From: Malacoraja senta
Lineage: Eukaryota
Assembly: GCA_038087875.1 (NCBI GenBank)
Contig: JAXLNO010000487.1
Location: 62,001-112,239 of the forward strand
Direction: 5' to 3'
DNA length: 50,239 nucleotides
The position numbers and the translations under genes were made by a program. Below are positions 1 through 11,674 of the stretch, one piece after another. Below the pieces are notes generated by a model. That model made no database searches and was not told the DNA's origin. It was given only the letters and a program-made list of their open reading frames with translations. The stretch's first letter is position 1, and each line of letters starts with the position of its first letter.

Positions 1-331
1 TAAAATAAATGACTTACCCTTTGTTTTGTCCCGTTCTTGCAATCCGTCACGTTGTAGGCATTGAGGGCGTTCGAAGTCGCTTTTTATTTTAATCCAAATA
101 TTAAATTGTCCAGCGATTTTTTATATTTTAAAAAAAATTATTTTTTTAAATACAGCGCGAACGGAAGTCCGATCGATTTTTCATCAGCAGCTAGCAGCCC
201 GAGGAAGTCCGCCTCAGACAGGCAGTACAAAACGGCATTTTAATCCCGCCCCCCTCAAAGGCGCCAAAGTCGCGCACACGGCCAGCGGCAGAACTGCAGT
301 GCCGCTGAAGGTAAGTATTGTAACATCGCTA
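1..331. mobile_element. Right end of a putative hAT-type non-autonomous DNA transposon inserted into the left TIR of the Tc1 element
   Basis: CpG-rich segment ends ...TAACATCGCTA (reverse complement TAGCGATGTTA, like TAGNGATG hAT/Ac termini). Tc1 TIR sequence resumes at 332 (GCCTCTGTAC), whereas the intact copy reads TTTGCCTCTG. The left end lies outside the window. Confidence 0.45.
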
Positions 332-1897
332 GCCTCTGTACTCCATAATTTGAGATTTGTAATTAAAAAAATCATGTGGTGAAAGTGCACATTGTCAGAT
401 ATTATTAAATGGTATTTTTATACATTTTGGCTTCACCATGAAGAAATTACAGCTGTGTCTGTACATAGTCCCCCACCATTTCAGGACACCATAATGTTTG
501 GGACACATGGCTTCACAGGTGTTTGTAATTGCTCAGGTGTGTATGAATGCCTTCTTAATACAGGTATAAGAGAGCTCTCAGCACCTAGTCTTTCCTCCAG
601 TCTTTCCATCACCTTTGGAAACTTTTATTGCTGTTTATCAACATGAGGACCAAAGTTGTGCCAATGAAAGTCCAAGAAGTCATTATGAGACTGAGAAACA
701 AGAATAAAACTGTTAGAGACATCTTACCAAAATCAATTGTTTGGAACATCATTCAGAAGAAAGAGTACTGGTGAGCTTACTAATCGCAATGAAACTTGTA
801 GGCCAAGGAAGACCTCCACAGCTAATGACAGAGCAATTCTCTCTATAATAAAGAACAATCCCCAAACACCTGTCCGACAGATCAGAAACACTCTTCAGGA
901 GTCAGGTGTGGATTTGTCAATGACCACTGCCCGTGGAATACAGAGGCTACACTGAAGATGCAAATCACTGGTTAGCCGTAAAAATAGGATGGCCAGGTTA
1001 CAGTTTGCCAAGAAGTACTTAAAAGAGCATCCATAGTTCTGGAAAAAGGTCTTGTGGACAGATGAGATGAAGATTAACTTATATCAGAGCGATGGCAAGA
1101 GCAAAGTATGGAGGAGAGAAGGAACTGCCCAAGATCCAAAGCATACCACCTCATCTGTGAAACACGGTGGTGGGGGTGTTATGGCCTGGGCATGTATGGC
1201 TGCTGAAGGCACTGGCTCACTTATCTTCATTGATGATACAATTGCTAATGGTAGTAGCATAATGAATTCTGAAGTGCATAGACACATCCTATCTGCTCAT
1301 GTTCAAACAAATGCCTCAAAACTCTTTGGCTGGCGGTTCATTCTACAGCAAGACAATGATCCCAAACATACTGCTAAAGCAACAAAGGAGTTTTTCAAAG
1401 CTAAAAAATGGTCAATTCGAGTGGCCAAGTCAATCACCCGATCTGAACCCAATTGAGCATGCCTTTTATATGCTGAAGAGAAAGCTGAAGGAACCTAGTC
1501 CCCAAAACAAGCATAAGCTAAAGATGGCTGCAATACAGGCCTGGCAGAGCATCACCAGAGAAGACACCCATAACTGGTAATGTCCATGAATCGCAGACTT
1601 CAAGCAGTCATTGCATGCAAAGGATATGCAAAAACATACTAAACATGACTACTTTCATTTACATGACATTGCTGTGTCCCAAACATTATGGTGACCTGAA
1701 ATGAGGGGGCTATGTATAAACGCTGCTGTAATTTCTACATGGTGAAACCAAAATGTATAAAAATGGCCTTTATTAAAATCTGACAATGTGCACTTTAACT
1801 ACATGTGATTTTTTTCTATTACAAATCTCAAATTGTGGAGTACAGAGGCAAATAAATAAAAGATGAATCTTTGTCCCAAACATTATGGAGGGCACTG
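332..1897 (+). mobile_element. Tc1/mariner (IR/DR type) DNA transposon, copy 1; left TIR interrupted
   Basis: Long (over 200 bp) terminal inverted repeats with internal direct repeat CATAATGTTTGGGACA (about 490; reverse complement at about 1675 and 1872). Right end ...GGAGGGCACTG at 1897. Near-identical to 11399..12986. Encloses a transposase pseudogene. Confidence 0.95.
643..1642 (+). pseudogene. Tc1-family DD34E transposase pseudogene (frameshifts, small deletions)
   Basis: ATG 643 MRTKVVPMKV...; RPRKT motif; WTDE, VKHGGGGVMAWACM, QQDNDPKH, WPSQSPDLNPIEH; stop TAA 1640-1642. Restoring one codon at about 1418 gives D-x34-E spacing. Confidence 0.93.
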
Positions 1898-2281
1898 TGA
1901 TATCCATGTCCTCTGTATGCTGTCTACCAAGTCCAAGTAATCTGTTCCAAATTGAATGTGGCTGATCCAAAATAAAAGTGGGTTGAACAATGTAATGGAA
2001 GACCCTGCTATATGCGAATTGAATGTGAGGTGGGTGTCTTTATAGTTTTCAAAATGCATTGTGAAGCAGAAACTACATTTACGAGGCAATTGCACATGAA
2101 TGTCTTGGATTCACATAGCTGAGTTGCTGCTTATAATTTTTAGTGTCTCATCAAGATTGAAAATGTATAAAGATATTACGCATATGTTTAAACAGTATGT
2201 ATAACAAGTCATGTTTTTTTGTTCCCCCATACCTAAATTTACCTCTAATTGTCTCCTCAAAAATAAAAACATTTTTATTGT

Positions 2282-2404
2282 CTGAAGAAGGGTTTCGGCC
2301 CGAAACGTTGCCTATTTCCTTCGCTCCATAGATGCTGCTGCACCCGCTGAGTTTCTCCAGCACTTTTGTGTACCTTCGATTTTCCAGCATTTGCAGTTCC
2401 TTCT
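2282..2404 (+). mobile_element. Short Penelope-3'-end-derived element with hammerhead-like core
   Basis: Starts CTGAAGAAGGGTTTCGGCCCGAAACGTTGCC; matches the Penelope terminus at 2934-3030 (minus); flanked by 18-bp direct repeat TAAAAACATTTTTATTGT (2264-2281 / 2405-2422). Confidence 0.85.
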
Positions 2405-2933
2405 TAAAAACATTTTTATTGTTTGCTCTCTTACTCTGCTATTTTGTGCTGTGTGACATGGTCACGTATGCATTTCATAAATGTTTCTGCCTTTCGTGTG
2501 GACAAATTTGACAATATCACCTTAATTTAGAAAAATAAAACCACAGAATAATCTGCATGTCACAATCGATCAATGCTACATGGTCCAGAAGTCCTAATTG
2601 TTTGTTCCCACCTTGTTGTCATATCTAATTCTGTCTCTCACTCAGCCACCTATCAAATCTATCATCAATAGTTGTGATACCTACCTTAATCATTAATTCT
2701 ACCAATGCAGTACAGAGCACCGCAGCCCACATCTAAATACATTCTCCCATTCCTAGACCAAAATCTTTAGTATTAAACCTTCAATCGATATCCTTCGATC
2801 TGATTGTGCTCACAATAAATGGCTTGCCATGTTCCATAGCTTCATCATTTGAGTCACCTTTATCAGTTTTCTTAATAGACAATAGGTGCAGGAGTAGGCC
2901 ATTCGGCCCTTCGAGCCAGCCATTCAATGTGAT

Positions 2934-4188
2934 GGTACACAAAAATGCTGGAGAAACTCAGCGGATGCAGCAGCATCTATGGAGCGAAGGAAACAGGTAA
3001 CGCTTCGGGCCGAAACCCTTCTTCAGACTGATAGGGGGTGGGGAGAAGAAAGGAAAAAAGGAAAAAGGCGGAGGAGGAGCCCGAGGGCTGGGGGAGGGGA
3101 GGAGACAACCAGATGGCTGATGAAGGGGAGGGGACAGCAAGGGCTAGCAGAATTGGGAGAATTCAATGTTCAAACCCCCAGGATGTAGACTGCCCAAGCG
3201 GAATATGAGGTGCATTTCCTCCAATTTACGGTGTTGCTCGCTGTGGCCATGGAGGAGACCCAGGACAGAGAGGTCAGATACGGAATGGGAGGGGGAGTTG
3301 AAATGCTGAGCCACCAGGAGTTCAGGTTGGTTATTGCGGACCGACCGGAGGTGTTCGGCGAAACGATCGCCAAGCCTCCGCTTTGTCTCACCGATGTAGA
3401 TCAGCTGGCATCTAGAGCAGCGAATGCAATAGATGAGGTTGGAGGAGATGCAGGTGAACCTCTGTCGCACCTGGAACGACTGCTTGGGTCCTTGAATGGA
3501 GTGGAGGGGGGAGGTGAAGGGACAAGTGTTGCATCTCTTGCGGTTGCAAGAGAAAGCACCAGGGGAGGGGGTGGTATGGGAGGGAAGGGAAGAATTGACA
3601 AGGGAGTTACGGAGGGAGCGGTCTTTGCGGAAGGCAGACATGGGGGAGATGGGAAGATGTGGCGAGTGGTGGGGTCACGTTGGAGGTGGCGAAACTGACG
3701 GAGGATCACTTGTTGTATGTGACGGCTGGTGGGGTGAAAGGTGAGGACTAGGGGGACTCTGCCCTTGTTGTGAGTGGGGGGATGGGGAGAGAGAGCAGTG
3801 TTGCGGGGTATGGCAGAGACCCTGGTGCGAGCCTCATCTATGGTGGAGGAGGGGAACCTCCGTTCCCTGAAGAATGAGGACATTTCAGATGCCCTGGTGT
3901 GGAACGCCTCATCCTGGGAGCAGATGCGGCGTAGACGGAGGAATTGGGAGTGGGGGATGGAGTCCTTACAGGAAGCAGGGTGGGAAGAAGTGTAGTCCAG
4001 ATAGCCATGGGAGTCGGTGGGTTTGTAGTGGATGTCGGTAAGGAGTCTATCACCTGCGATGGAGATAGTGAGGTCAAGGAATGGTAGGGAAGTGTCGGAA
4101 ATGGTCCAGGTGTATTTGAGTGCCGGATGGAAGTTGGTGGTGAAGCGGATGAAGTCAGTCAGTTGTGTGTGGGTGCAGGATGTGGCAC
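2934..4188 (-). mobile_element. Penelope-like retroelement (PLE), 5'-truncated, inserted into a CR1 3' tail
   Basis: RT C-terminus (TNFHPALKYT, LPFLDLTI, HYKPTDSHGYLDYTSSHP) and GIY-YIG endonuclease (SNLIYCIRCSRCQLIYIGETKRRLGDRFAEH); 9-bp TSD CAATGTGAT at 2925-2933 / 4189-4197. Confidence 0.95.
3144..4188 (-). pseudogene. Penelope RT C-terminal region plus GIY-YIG endonuclease, one frameshift at about 3645
   Basis: ORF-track fragments 3401..4216 and 3144..3641 join at HIFPSPP/MSAFRKDRSL through an apparent 1-bp loss in a C run. Truncated just downstream of where the RT YxDD motif is expected. Confidence 0.9.
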
Positions 4189-5142
4189 CAATGTGATCAT
4201 GGCTGATCATCCACAATCATTACTCCATTAATGTTTTTTATGATTGGAAATTTATACTTTCATGATGGTAACACTAATTAATGTCTTGCATTTATGCAAA
4301 ATGTAGTTAATGTAATGGTATCCTGTTAATGAGACAGGAGTTTGGTTCTGAAAAACAGAATTGGTAATATGAAAATCTTAATTGTCCTGTCATTAAGTTA
4401 AAAAATATGAGTAAATAAATTGCTTAATTATTTGAGCAGAAACCTTATGCATATTCACTAACAAAGTGGTGCAGGGTAACTTTAAAGGGAGGCGTGAATT
4501 CTTCCAAAACATCTAATTTCTGGTTTAATCTAGGATGTGCAGGTTGGCCATTTCCAAACTAGTTCATATTACTGTGAAACCGCCATCATATAGTTTTGCA
4601 ACTAATCGTGTGACATATTTTGTTGACAAAGAATTTGAACTTTCGCTGTCCTTGACATTAAAAATGAACACAAAACGAACAGTTTTTGTTTGTGTAATTC
4701 TAGAATATACTTAATTTGGTGTAGGTAAACCACTACAAATGATAATCACCATAGCAACAAATGGGGCGTAAATCTTGTTGGTTTAGATGGCTTTGTCATG
4801 CGGCAGTTTCGATAACAAATGCATGTAAGGTTGTGAAGTGCAGGAATTCCTTTGTTTTGAATTTGGTGACTATTAATCTGCATGTATTAATTGGATGTTG
4901 ACTTCTCAGGTGTTTGTACTGTGATCTCCATCGCTCTCTGCGAAGGAAGCACACGTCTCTCATGGTTACACACATCCAGTGATTTGTCCATAGGTATTTT
5001 AAAACAGTTGTATTCTTAAGAACAAAATGATGTGTTAAAATTAGCACCATTGCTTCAGGTTTACTTTGAATTGAATGGTTCAAAGGTTAATATTTTTATG
5101 TGTCCTTAATTTAGAAGAACGTTACATTCTTTTGCAGGACCC

Positions 5143-5164
5143 AGAGAGAGAGAGAGAGAGAGAG
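5143..5164 (+). repeat. (AG)n microsatellite
   Basis: About 11 consecutive AG units. Confidence 0.9.
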
Positions 5165-5330
5165 TACATATTTATGCATGATTTGAAGGATTTTAAATCC
5201 TTCCTTCAAATAATTTTTTTGATGGGGTTTGATAGAGATATTTTGCACAAGTAGGTGAACCAGGAAGCTTTATTTAATAATGAGTGAGTAGATGGCTTTA
5301 TGAAGCATCGTGTAACTTGAAAGGAGCTTA

Positions 5331-5926
5331 AGGGCCTGTCCCACTTAGACGATTTTTTTTGGCGACTACACGCAACTAGGCTGTTGCCACATGGTCGCGG
5401 GGTGATGTCTGTCTGGTCGTGAGTTGTCTCCTCAAGTCGCCTAAAGGGTTGTAACTTTTTCTTGTCGCCGCTGGATTTCGAAATGTTCAAAACTTTTCAC
5501 CGACTGTGGGCTTGACGTAGCTTGTCTTCTCCTGTCGTAGGTTGTCACCAGGATGACGCAGGTTGTCGCCAGGTGACGTGGGTTGTCGCTGGGTGATGAC
5601 TTTGGTGAATTCCATTGGCGACTACCTATGTCAACCGGCGACAGGTACCGGCGACTGAATTGTCTTCAGTTGTCGCCGACAGGGTCGTAGCTTGTCGCAG
5701 GTGGACGTAGGTTGACTTTGGTTGTTGTAGGTTGTCGTCTGTGTGGTCGTAGGTGGACATCCTAATGGGTCGCCGGTTGTCGGTAGCTTGACGTCGACTA
5801 GGTGGTAAGTTGTAGACATTGTTGTAGGTGGGGGGGGGAGTCTAGTCACCAGTTTTTTGGCGACCTGCTACGACTGTGACTGTCGCCGGCAGTAGCCGAA
5901 AAAATCGCCTAAGTGGGACAGGCCCT
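5331..5926. mobile_element. MITE with about 35-bp TIRs (AGGGCCTGTCCCACTTAG...), probably PIF/Harbinger type
   Basis: Left AGGGCCTGTCCCACTTAGACGATTTTT; right AAAATCGCCTAAGTGGGACAGGCCCT; flanks TTA/TCA (or TTAA/TTCA); internal GTTGTCGCC/GTCGTAGG iterations; no coding capacity. Confidence 0.85.
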
Positions 5927-8107
5927 TCACTTATTTTGTTTTTGGTGCTGTTCTCAGGGTGTTGAAACTGGAATGTCCACAAATAGAACAAGTTAATGTT
6001 GTGGTGCTCATGTTGGCCAGTATCCATTTCAAGTTAGTTAGTTGACTCGGTGCAACTTGAGTTTGTTGACTACTTTTGGAAGGGGAACAGTGAGGAAGGC
6101 AATATTTTAAACAGTGATTGAGGAAAACAATTTCCCAAAAACTTATCGAAACAATAAATTCTGGTGTCCTGTCCTTAGTCATCTCAACCAAGTTCAAGGC
6201 GGTCTCCATGGCTTTGAGAAACCTTGACTCATTCCATGAGACAACACTAATGACTGGTTTAACACATGTACTATATTAGAATTTATTGCTAAATTGTTCT
6301 ATGCAGTTGTACAGTGTGTTGTAAACCTCATTTTGTCATGTTTTCTCCTCTTATTGTATGGCTATCTTTGCAGGTTGGTGTTATTTATTTTTTTAAACTA
6401 AATTTTGAAAGAAATGCAGTCCTAAATGTTATGTTAAATGTGATGCTTATTTTGGCTGTATTATTCTGCATTTCTTTTATATCATTGATGGAGTGAACAT
6501 GCTTATGTTTGGATGTACCAATCATAGTGCATTCTGTTTTTGCTGGTTGTCATATCAAACAGAAAAGATCTGCTTAGAAGACTTTATAATTAATATAAAG
6601 CTTCCATCCACGAGAGAAGCCGTGTAGTTTCCCAGTAGTTTTGATTGGCAATGCTTTTTTAGCTGCCGATGTATTAATCTGGATTTTCTTGTGATAGTTC
6701 CTGCTGCTCTTGGCACCACAACCCTGCACTTACCTCTTGGTTTATGTAACCTGGATGGGCTTGCCTTGTTTCAATTCACTTGTGAGTGGTCTTCCATAAT
6801 TTACCCTCTGTACGTTTTGAGGCTCTTGAAAACTCTGCTGTTCTGTCCTATCTTATAATAAATTCTGTTTATTCATTAGCCAGACTGACCTTTGGTGAGG
6901 CAATATCTTTTAAAACTTATCATCCTTATTCCCAGGTACTCTGAAGGCCACAAATCTTTCTATTTTCTTATCTCTTTGAACAGTAAGATTTTTTTAAGAT
7001 ATCAGTTCTTCCATTTCTTTTGGACATTCCACATTTTAGGCATTTCATTATTGGTATCCATTCCTTCAGCTGCCAAAGCCCTGAGATCTAGGATTCCATC
7101 CCCATACCCATCTGTCTCTGTTGATTCTATACATTGGTGGTGGAACAAATATGTGGAAAGCAGCATGTCAGAGCATTTTGTCATATTATAAGATACCTGA
7201 CCTTGAGATAATTATCCTTCCGTCCTGCATCCCAAGCAGTACCCTATTGGATTATTCATTACAGCTTTTAATGAGATGGTTTTGAGAGGATGTTTCCTGT
7301 TTGTGTTATCACATACTTTTATTGCTTTGTTTATTGTAGTAGTATAAATATTGATCAAATCTAAACAAAAAATAATGTTTTTTTAAATATAAAGTGATTG
7401 ACCCATTAATTAAAATACAAGTTAAGGGTGACCCAACAAGTAATTATGAGCTCCTTTGTGGTTCTGGAGGTGTGTATTCTGCATTAATTAGAGTGGATGT
7501 ATAAAAATTCATGCATTTCATGAATCTGTATTTGTTATTGGTTCCTGGAAAGTTTCAGATCCAGAGGGAGGCCTAATTATCATTCTGAATAGTTCTGAGA
7601 CATAGAATTTTTGTACGCTTTCCAACTGCTAATTCATGGTCTTGAAGTATTGATTTGCCATGGCGTAGCTGTATTTGGAACAATGAACTTCTGATGTACT
7701 AGGTCTTCAGCATGTGGCATCATTGTGCTATTATTGAAACCGTACAAGTCAATGCCGGCATATGACAAAGTGGTGATCTCATTAATGCTGTGTCTAGCTG
7801 AGGCCATTTGCTTCTCCACAGGGAGGGAGGGAACATTCTCTTTTATTTGTGTGATGTGAGCAGCCCTAATTACTTCCCAAACAGTGTGCTAGTTTCTTAA
7901 CCCACAGGGTCTATGTGGTGAAGGTACCCCCCTTGGTACTGTTGGACAAGGGGTTCAAACATTTTGACCCATCAATGATGGAGGAACAAATATCAAATGA
8001 TGTGTATAGTGTATGACTCGTAGTTTATGGCATTTCTCCACTCTTAGCTCTCCATCACATAGAAGAATCTGGCTTAGGAGGTGCTGATTTTGATGCACAC
8101 TGTAGCC

Positions 8108-8315
8108 CAAGGGTTCCCAACCTGGGGTTAGTTTCGCCTACCCAGGGGGTAAATTTGTTGATTCTGGATTCAGTATTTTAAATTTTCCACTTTGTCGGTT
8201 GCTTTATTATGGTAGAAGTGTAAACTCAAATTACTGAACAAAACAGGGTGGAGGTAAATTTACTTTTGGAAAGTTGCCATTGGTAAACGGGACGAAAAAG
8301 GTTGGGAACCCCTTG
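8108..8315. mobile_element. hAT (Charlie-like) MITE, about 208 bp
   Basis: TIRs CAAGGGTTCCCAACCT / AGGTTGGGAACCCCTTG; 8-bp TSD CTGTAGCC (8100-8107) / CTGTAGTC (8316-8323). Confidence 0.88.
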
Positions 8316-8719
8316 CTGTAGTCCCTGTGTCAGTGGTGGAGGTAGGTCATTTTCAGAGTGGGTGGACCGGGGGAATGTCACCATGGACCATTCAAGAATG
8401 CCTCATGATCCATTGTAGCAGCTAGAATGTCAATGTAAGGTCGTGCCTTTCATAGCCCAAACACCTTATAATTAATTAAGCATTTTCTAAGTGCGATCAT
8501 TGTTGCATTGTAGGGAACCTGGGGACAATGTTATAATTACCAGGTGATAGGTTTTACTGAAGTTTGGCAAGTGATCCATATTGCTATGATATAGAGAAAT
8601 ACACTGAAGTTCTCCAACATAAAGCCATGGGACACTTTACATCCGACTGAATTGTAAAGTGGCCTTTTTACTTACTATCTCTCACCTGAAGGACACCGTG
8701 TTTACAATGCTCAGCCACT

Positions 8720-9183
8720 CAGGGAGAGGTTGGGCAGACTAGGACTTTATTCCTCGCAGAAGGCAGAGTAATGATCTTATAGAGGGTGTTTAAAATCACG
8801 AGAGGGATGGATAGGGTGAATACACCGATTATTTTGATATACTGACTTGGCAAATAAAGTACTATTCTGATTCTGATTATTTTACCCTCAAAATCCAGAG
8901 GACATAGGTTAAGGTAGCATGATTTAATACAAATCTGAAGGGCAAATTTTTTACTTAGTGGGTGGTTGGTATATGAAACGAGCTGCCAGAAGAGGCTGTT
9001 AAGGCCGTTACTATAACAACATTTAAAATACATTTGGGCAGGTACATTGATAGGAAAGGTTTACAGGAATATGGGTGAAAATGCAGTCAAATGGGGGCTA
9101 GCTGAGAGGGGGGTGTCTTTGGTTGGCATGGAGGAGTTTGTCCGAAGGGTCTATTTCTGTGTTGTCTGACTCTATGACTCTAT
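8720..9183 (+). mobile_element. CR1-type LINE 3' fragment
   Basis: Decayed RERLGRLGLYS / DLIE..KI.RG.DRV coding remnant and 3' tail CCGAAGGGTCTATTTCTGTG...(GACTCTAT)n, similar to 22205-22710. Confidence 0.8.
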
Positions 9184-9305
9184 ACATCTTGTGGCAAGGA
9201 TGTAGTATTATTATAGACCTCCTCAGCATTTTAATGTGGGCGAGCGTATATGCAGGTCCTAAAGTTTTGATAAATGTTTAGAAATTGGTTAACATAGAAA
9301 ATGTT

Positions 9306-10577
9306 AAGTGGCGGAAGTGGCGGCGCTGCCTTAGCAGCTGCGGCTCGCCTGCAGTCCGTCTGTTTTTTTCTTCTTTTTTTGTTTTCTTCTGTCCTGTTTT
9401 AGTTAATTTTAGTTTATTAGGTTGTGAATGTGTGGGGTGTGGGGGGGGGGGGTGTGGGGGGTGGGAGAAACATGCTTTTGATCTCTTCCTTCGGGGGAAT
9501 GCGACCTTTTTTTGTCGTATCCCCCGTCTCCGTCTGCGCTGAGGCCTAATGGTGGAGCTGGCGGCCTCCAACTAGGGCCGATCTCGAGGCTCCGGAGGCA
9601 GAGCCAGCCAGGACTTACCAGCGCGAGGCTGGCCGACTTCGGGGCTGTTCCGGCGGTGGCGACCCGACTTCGGGGCTGTGGCGGCGTTCCGGCGGCGGCG
9701 GCCCGACTTCGGGGCTGTGGTGGCGTTCCGGCATTCAGGTGGCGGCGACCCGACTTCGGAGCTGTGGCGGCGTTCCGGCAGCGGCGGCCCGAATTCAGGG
9801 CTGTGGCGTCTTTCCGGCAGTGACCCAACTTCGGAGCTGTGGCGGCGTTCTGGCGGCGGCCCGACTTCGGAGCTGTGGCGGCGTTCTGGCGGCGGCCCGA
9901 CTTCGGAGCTGTGGCTCCGTTCCGGCGGCGGCCCGACTTCAGAGCTGTGGCGGCGTTCTGGCGGCGGCCCGACTTCGGAGCTGTGGCGGCGTTCTGGCGG
10001 CGGCCCGACTTCGGAGCTGTGGCGGCGTTCTGGCGGCGGCCCAACTTCGGAGCTGTGGCGGCGTTCTGGCGGCGGCCCGACTTCGGAGCTGTGGCGGCGT
10101 TCCGGCGGCGACCCGACTTCGGAGGCTCGGCCGCGGGCCCAGTGGACGACATCGTCGGGAGCTCGTAGGTCACAGGTTGGTGACCTGTTTTTCCGGAGCT
10201 CCACGTCAACAGCTTCGTCCGCTGGACTGGAGGTCGGCAGCTTCGACCACACCGGGCCGCGGAGTTTGAACCGGCCCGTACATGGAGCTCGGATTCAGCC
10301 GCGGGACTGACTTACCATCACCCGGCGGGGTCACTACATTGGAAGCCTGGATCGCCTCAGCGCAGAGGGAAAACAAGGAGGGAAGAGACAAAGACTTTAA
10401 GACTTTTGCCTTCCATCACAGTGAGGAGGTGCCTGGTGAACTCACTGTGGTGGATGTTAAATTTGTGTTTATTGTGTGTTTTTGTTATTTTATTATATGT
10501 ATGACTGCAAGGCACGAAATTTCGTTCAGACCGGAAGGTCTGAATGACAATAAAGGATACTTTACTTTTTACTTTTT
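9306..10577 (+). mobile_element. GC-rich non-autonomous retroelement with LINE-like 3' stem-loop/AATAAA tail and internal 36-bp array
   Basis: Shares blocks with 14232..14860 (minus): G-run, GGCCTAA..GTGGAGCTGGCG, TTGCCTTC.ATC.CAGTG...CTGTGGTGGATGTT. Ends in stem-loop TTCAGACC-GGAA-GGTCTGAA, AATAAA and (TACTTT)-like tail. Confidence 0.7.
9630..10125 (+). repeat. 36-bp GC-rich minisatellite (GGCGGCGTTCTGGCGGCGGCCCGACTTCGGAGCTGT), about 13 copies with some 39-bp variants
   Basis: Visible tandem units; produces 12-aa repeats (AAFWRRPDFGAV) in overlapping ORFs. Confidence 0.95.
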
Positions 10578-10589
10578 TAATAGGAGCTG

Positions 10590-11345
10590 GGATATTGGTG
10601 GAGTTGTAAATGGCGAGGAAGGCTGTTTATGTCTACTGCGTTATATAAATCATCTGGAAAGTTGGATAGAGTTGTAGGAAATGGAATTTACTCCCAGACA
10701 AATATGAGACAAAATATGCCTTTTGGAAGGCAAACAAGGGTAGCACATTTAATGGTAGGCCCCGAGAGTATTGATGAAAAAGTAGATAGTGTAAAAGTAG
10801 ATAGATCCCTGATAGTAGCGGCATTTGAATAAGGTGATAAAGAACTGATATGGAATGCTTGCAATCATTGGTCATGGGCAGAAAACATAACAGCTGAGAC
10901 ATCACGTTACAGCTTTATAAAATACTGGTTAGACCACATCATGGGTAATGTGTGTAGTTCTGATCGCCATACAAAGGAACAATGAGATTGTGCTGGCGAG
11001 GACGCCGAAGAGATTCACCAGGAAATTGCCGGCATCACCAGGAAATTGCCTGGATTGTGGTTTCAGGAGAGAATGGATAAGTGTTTTCCCTGGAGCAGAG
11101 GAGTCTGAGGGGTGACCTTGTAGATATGTATAAAAAGTTATAAGGGAGACTGATGTGGTAAAAATCGCTTACTCCTGGTAGGTGGGTCTAAGATAACTGG
11201 GCATATGTTTCAAGTGGAGATTGGAGGTTTATTTGGGTGATTTGAGTGGGAATCTTTTCACACAGAGGGTAGTTGGAGTCTGGAATGCGCTGCCGAAAAG
11301 GGTGGAGCAGATATTCTCAGTACATTCATGAAACATCTAGAAAAA
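10590..11345 (+). mobile_element. CR1-type LINE 3' fragment (decayed)
   Basis: IGGVVNGEEGC..L...I..LE.W RT C-terminal remnant; LYKILVRPH motif; LRGDLVD.YK; FTQRVVGVWNALP. Confidence 0.8.
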
Positions 11346-11674
11346 TACAGGTGACCTCACGTGACAGCAGTTCAGATGATGGAACATGTCCTTACATACC
11401 GTGCCCTCCATAATGTTTGGGACAAAGGACCCATCATTTATTTATTTGCCTCTGTTCTCCACAATTTGAGATCTGTAATAGAAAAAAAATCACATGTGGT
11501 TAAAGTGCATATTGTCAGATTTTATTAAAGGCCATTTTATACATTTTGGTTTCACCATGTAGAAATTACAGCTGTGTTTATACATAGTCCCCCCATTTCA
11601 GTGCACCATAATGTTTGGGACACATGGATTCACAGGGATTTGTAATTGCTGAGGTGTGTTTAAATGCCTCCTTA

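Noticed and set aside
3210..3995. Plus-strand ORFs opposite the Penelope ORF
   Set aside because: Antisense shadows of the GC-rich Penelope coding strand.
7880..8480. Possible old LINE remnant around the hAT MITE
   Set aside because: Looks repeat-derived but is too decayed to assign family or boundaries from sequence alone.
9630..10125. 36-bp repeats as a CRISPR array
   Set aside because: Units are contiguous with no unique spacers, there are no cas genes, and the context is eukaryotic.
9409..10310. Long overlapping ORFs (266, 226, 210, 176 aa)
   Set aside because: Products of a GC-rich 36-bp tandem repeat; no domain or splice context.
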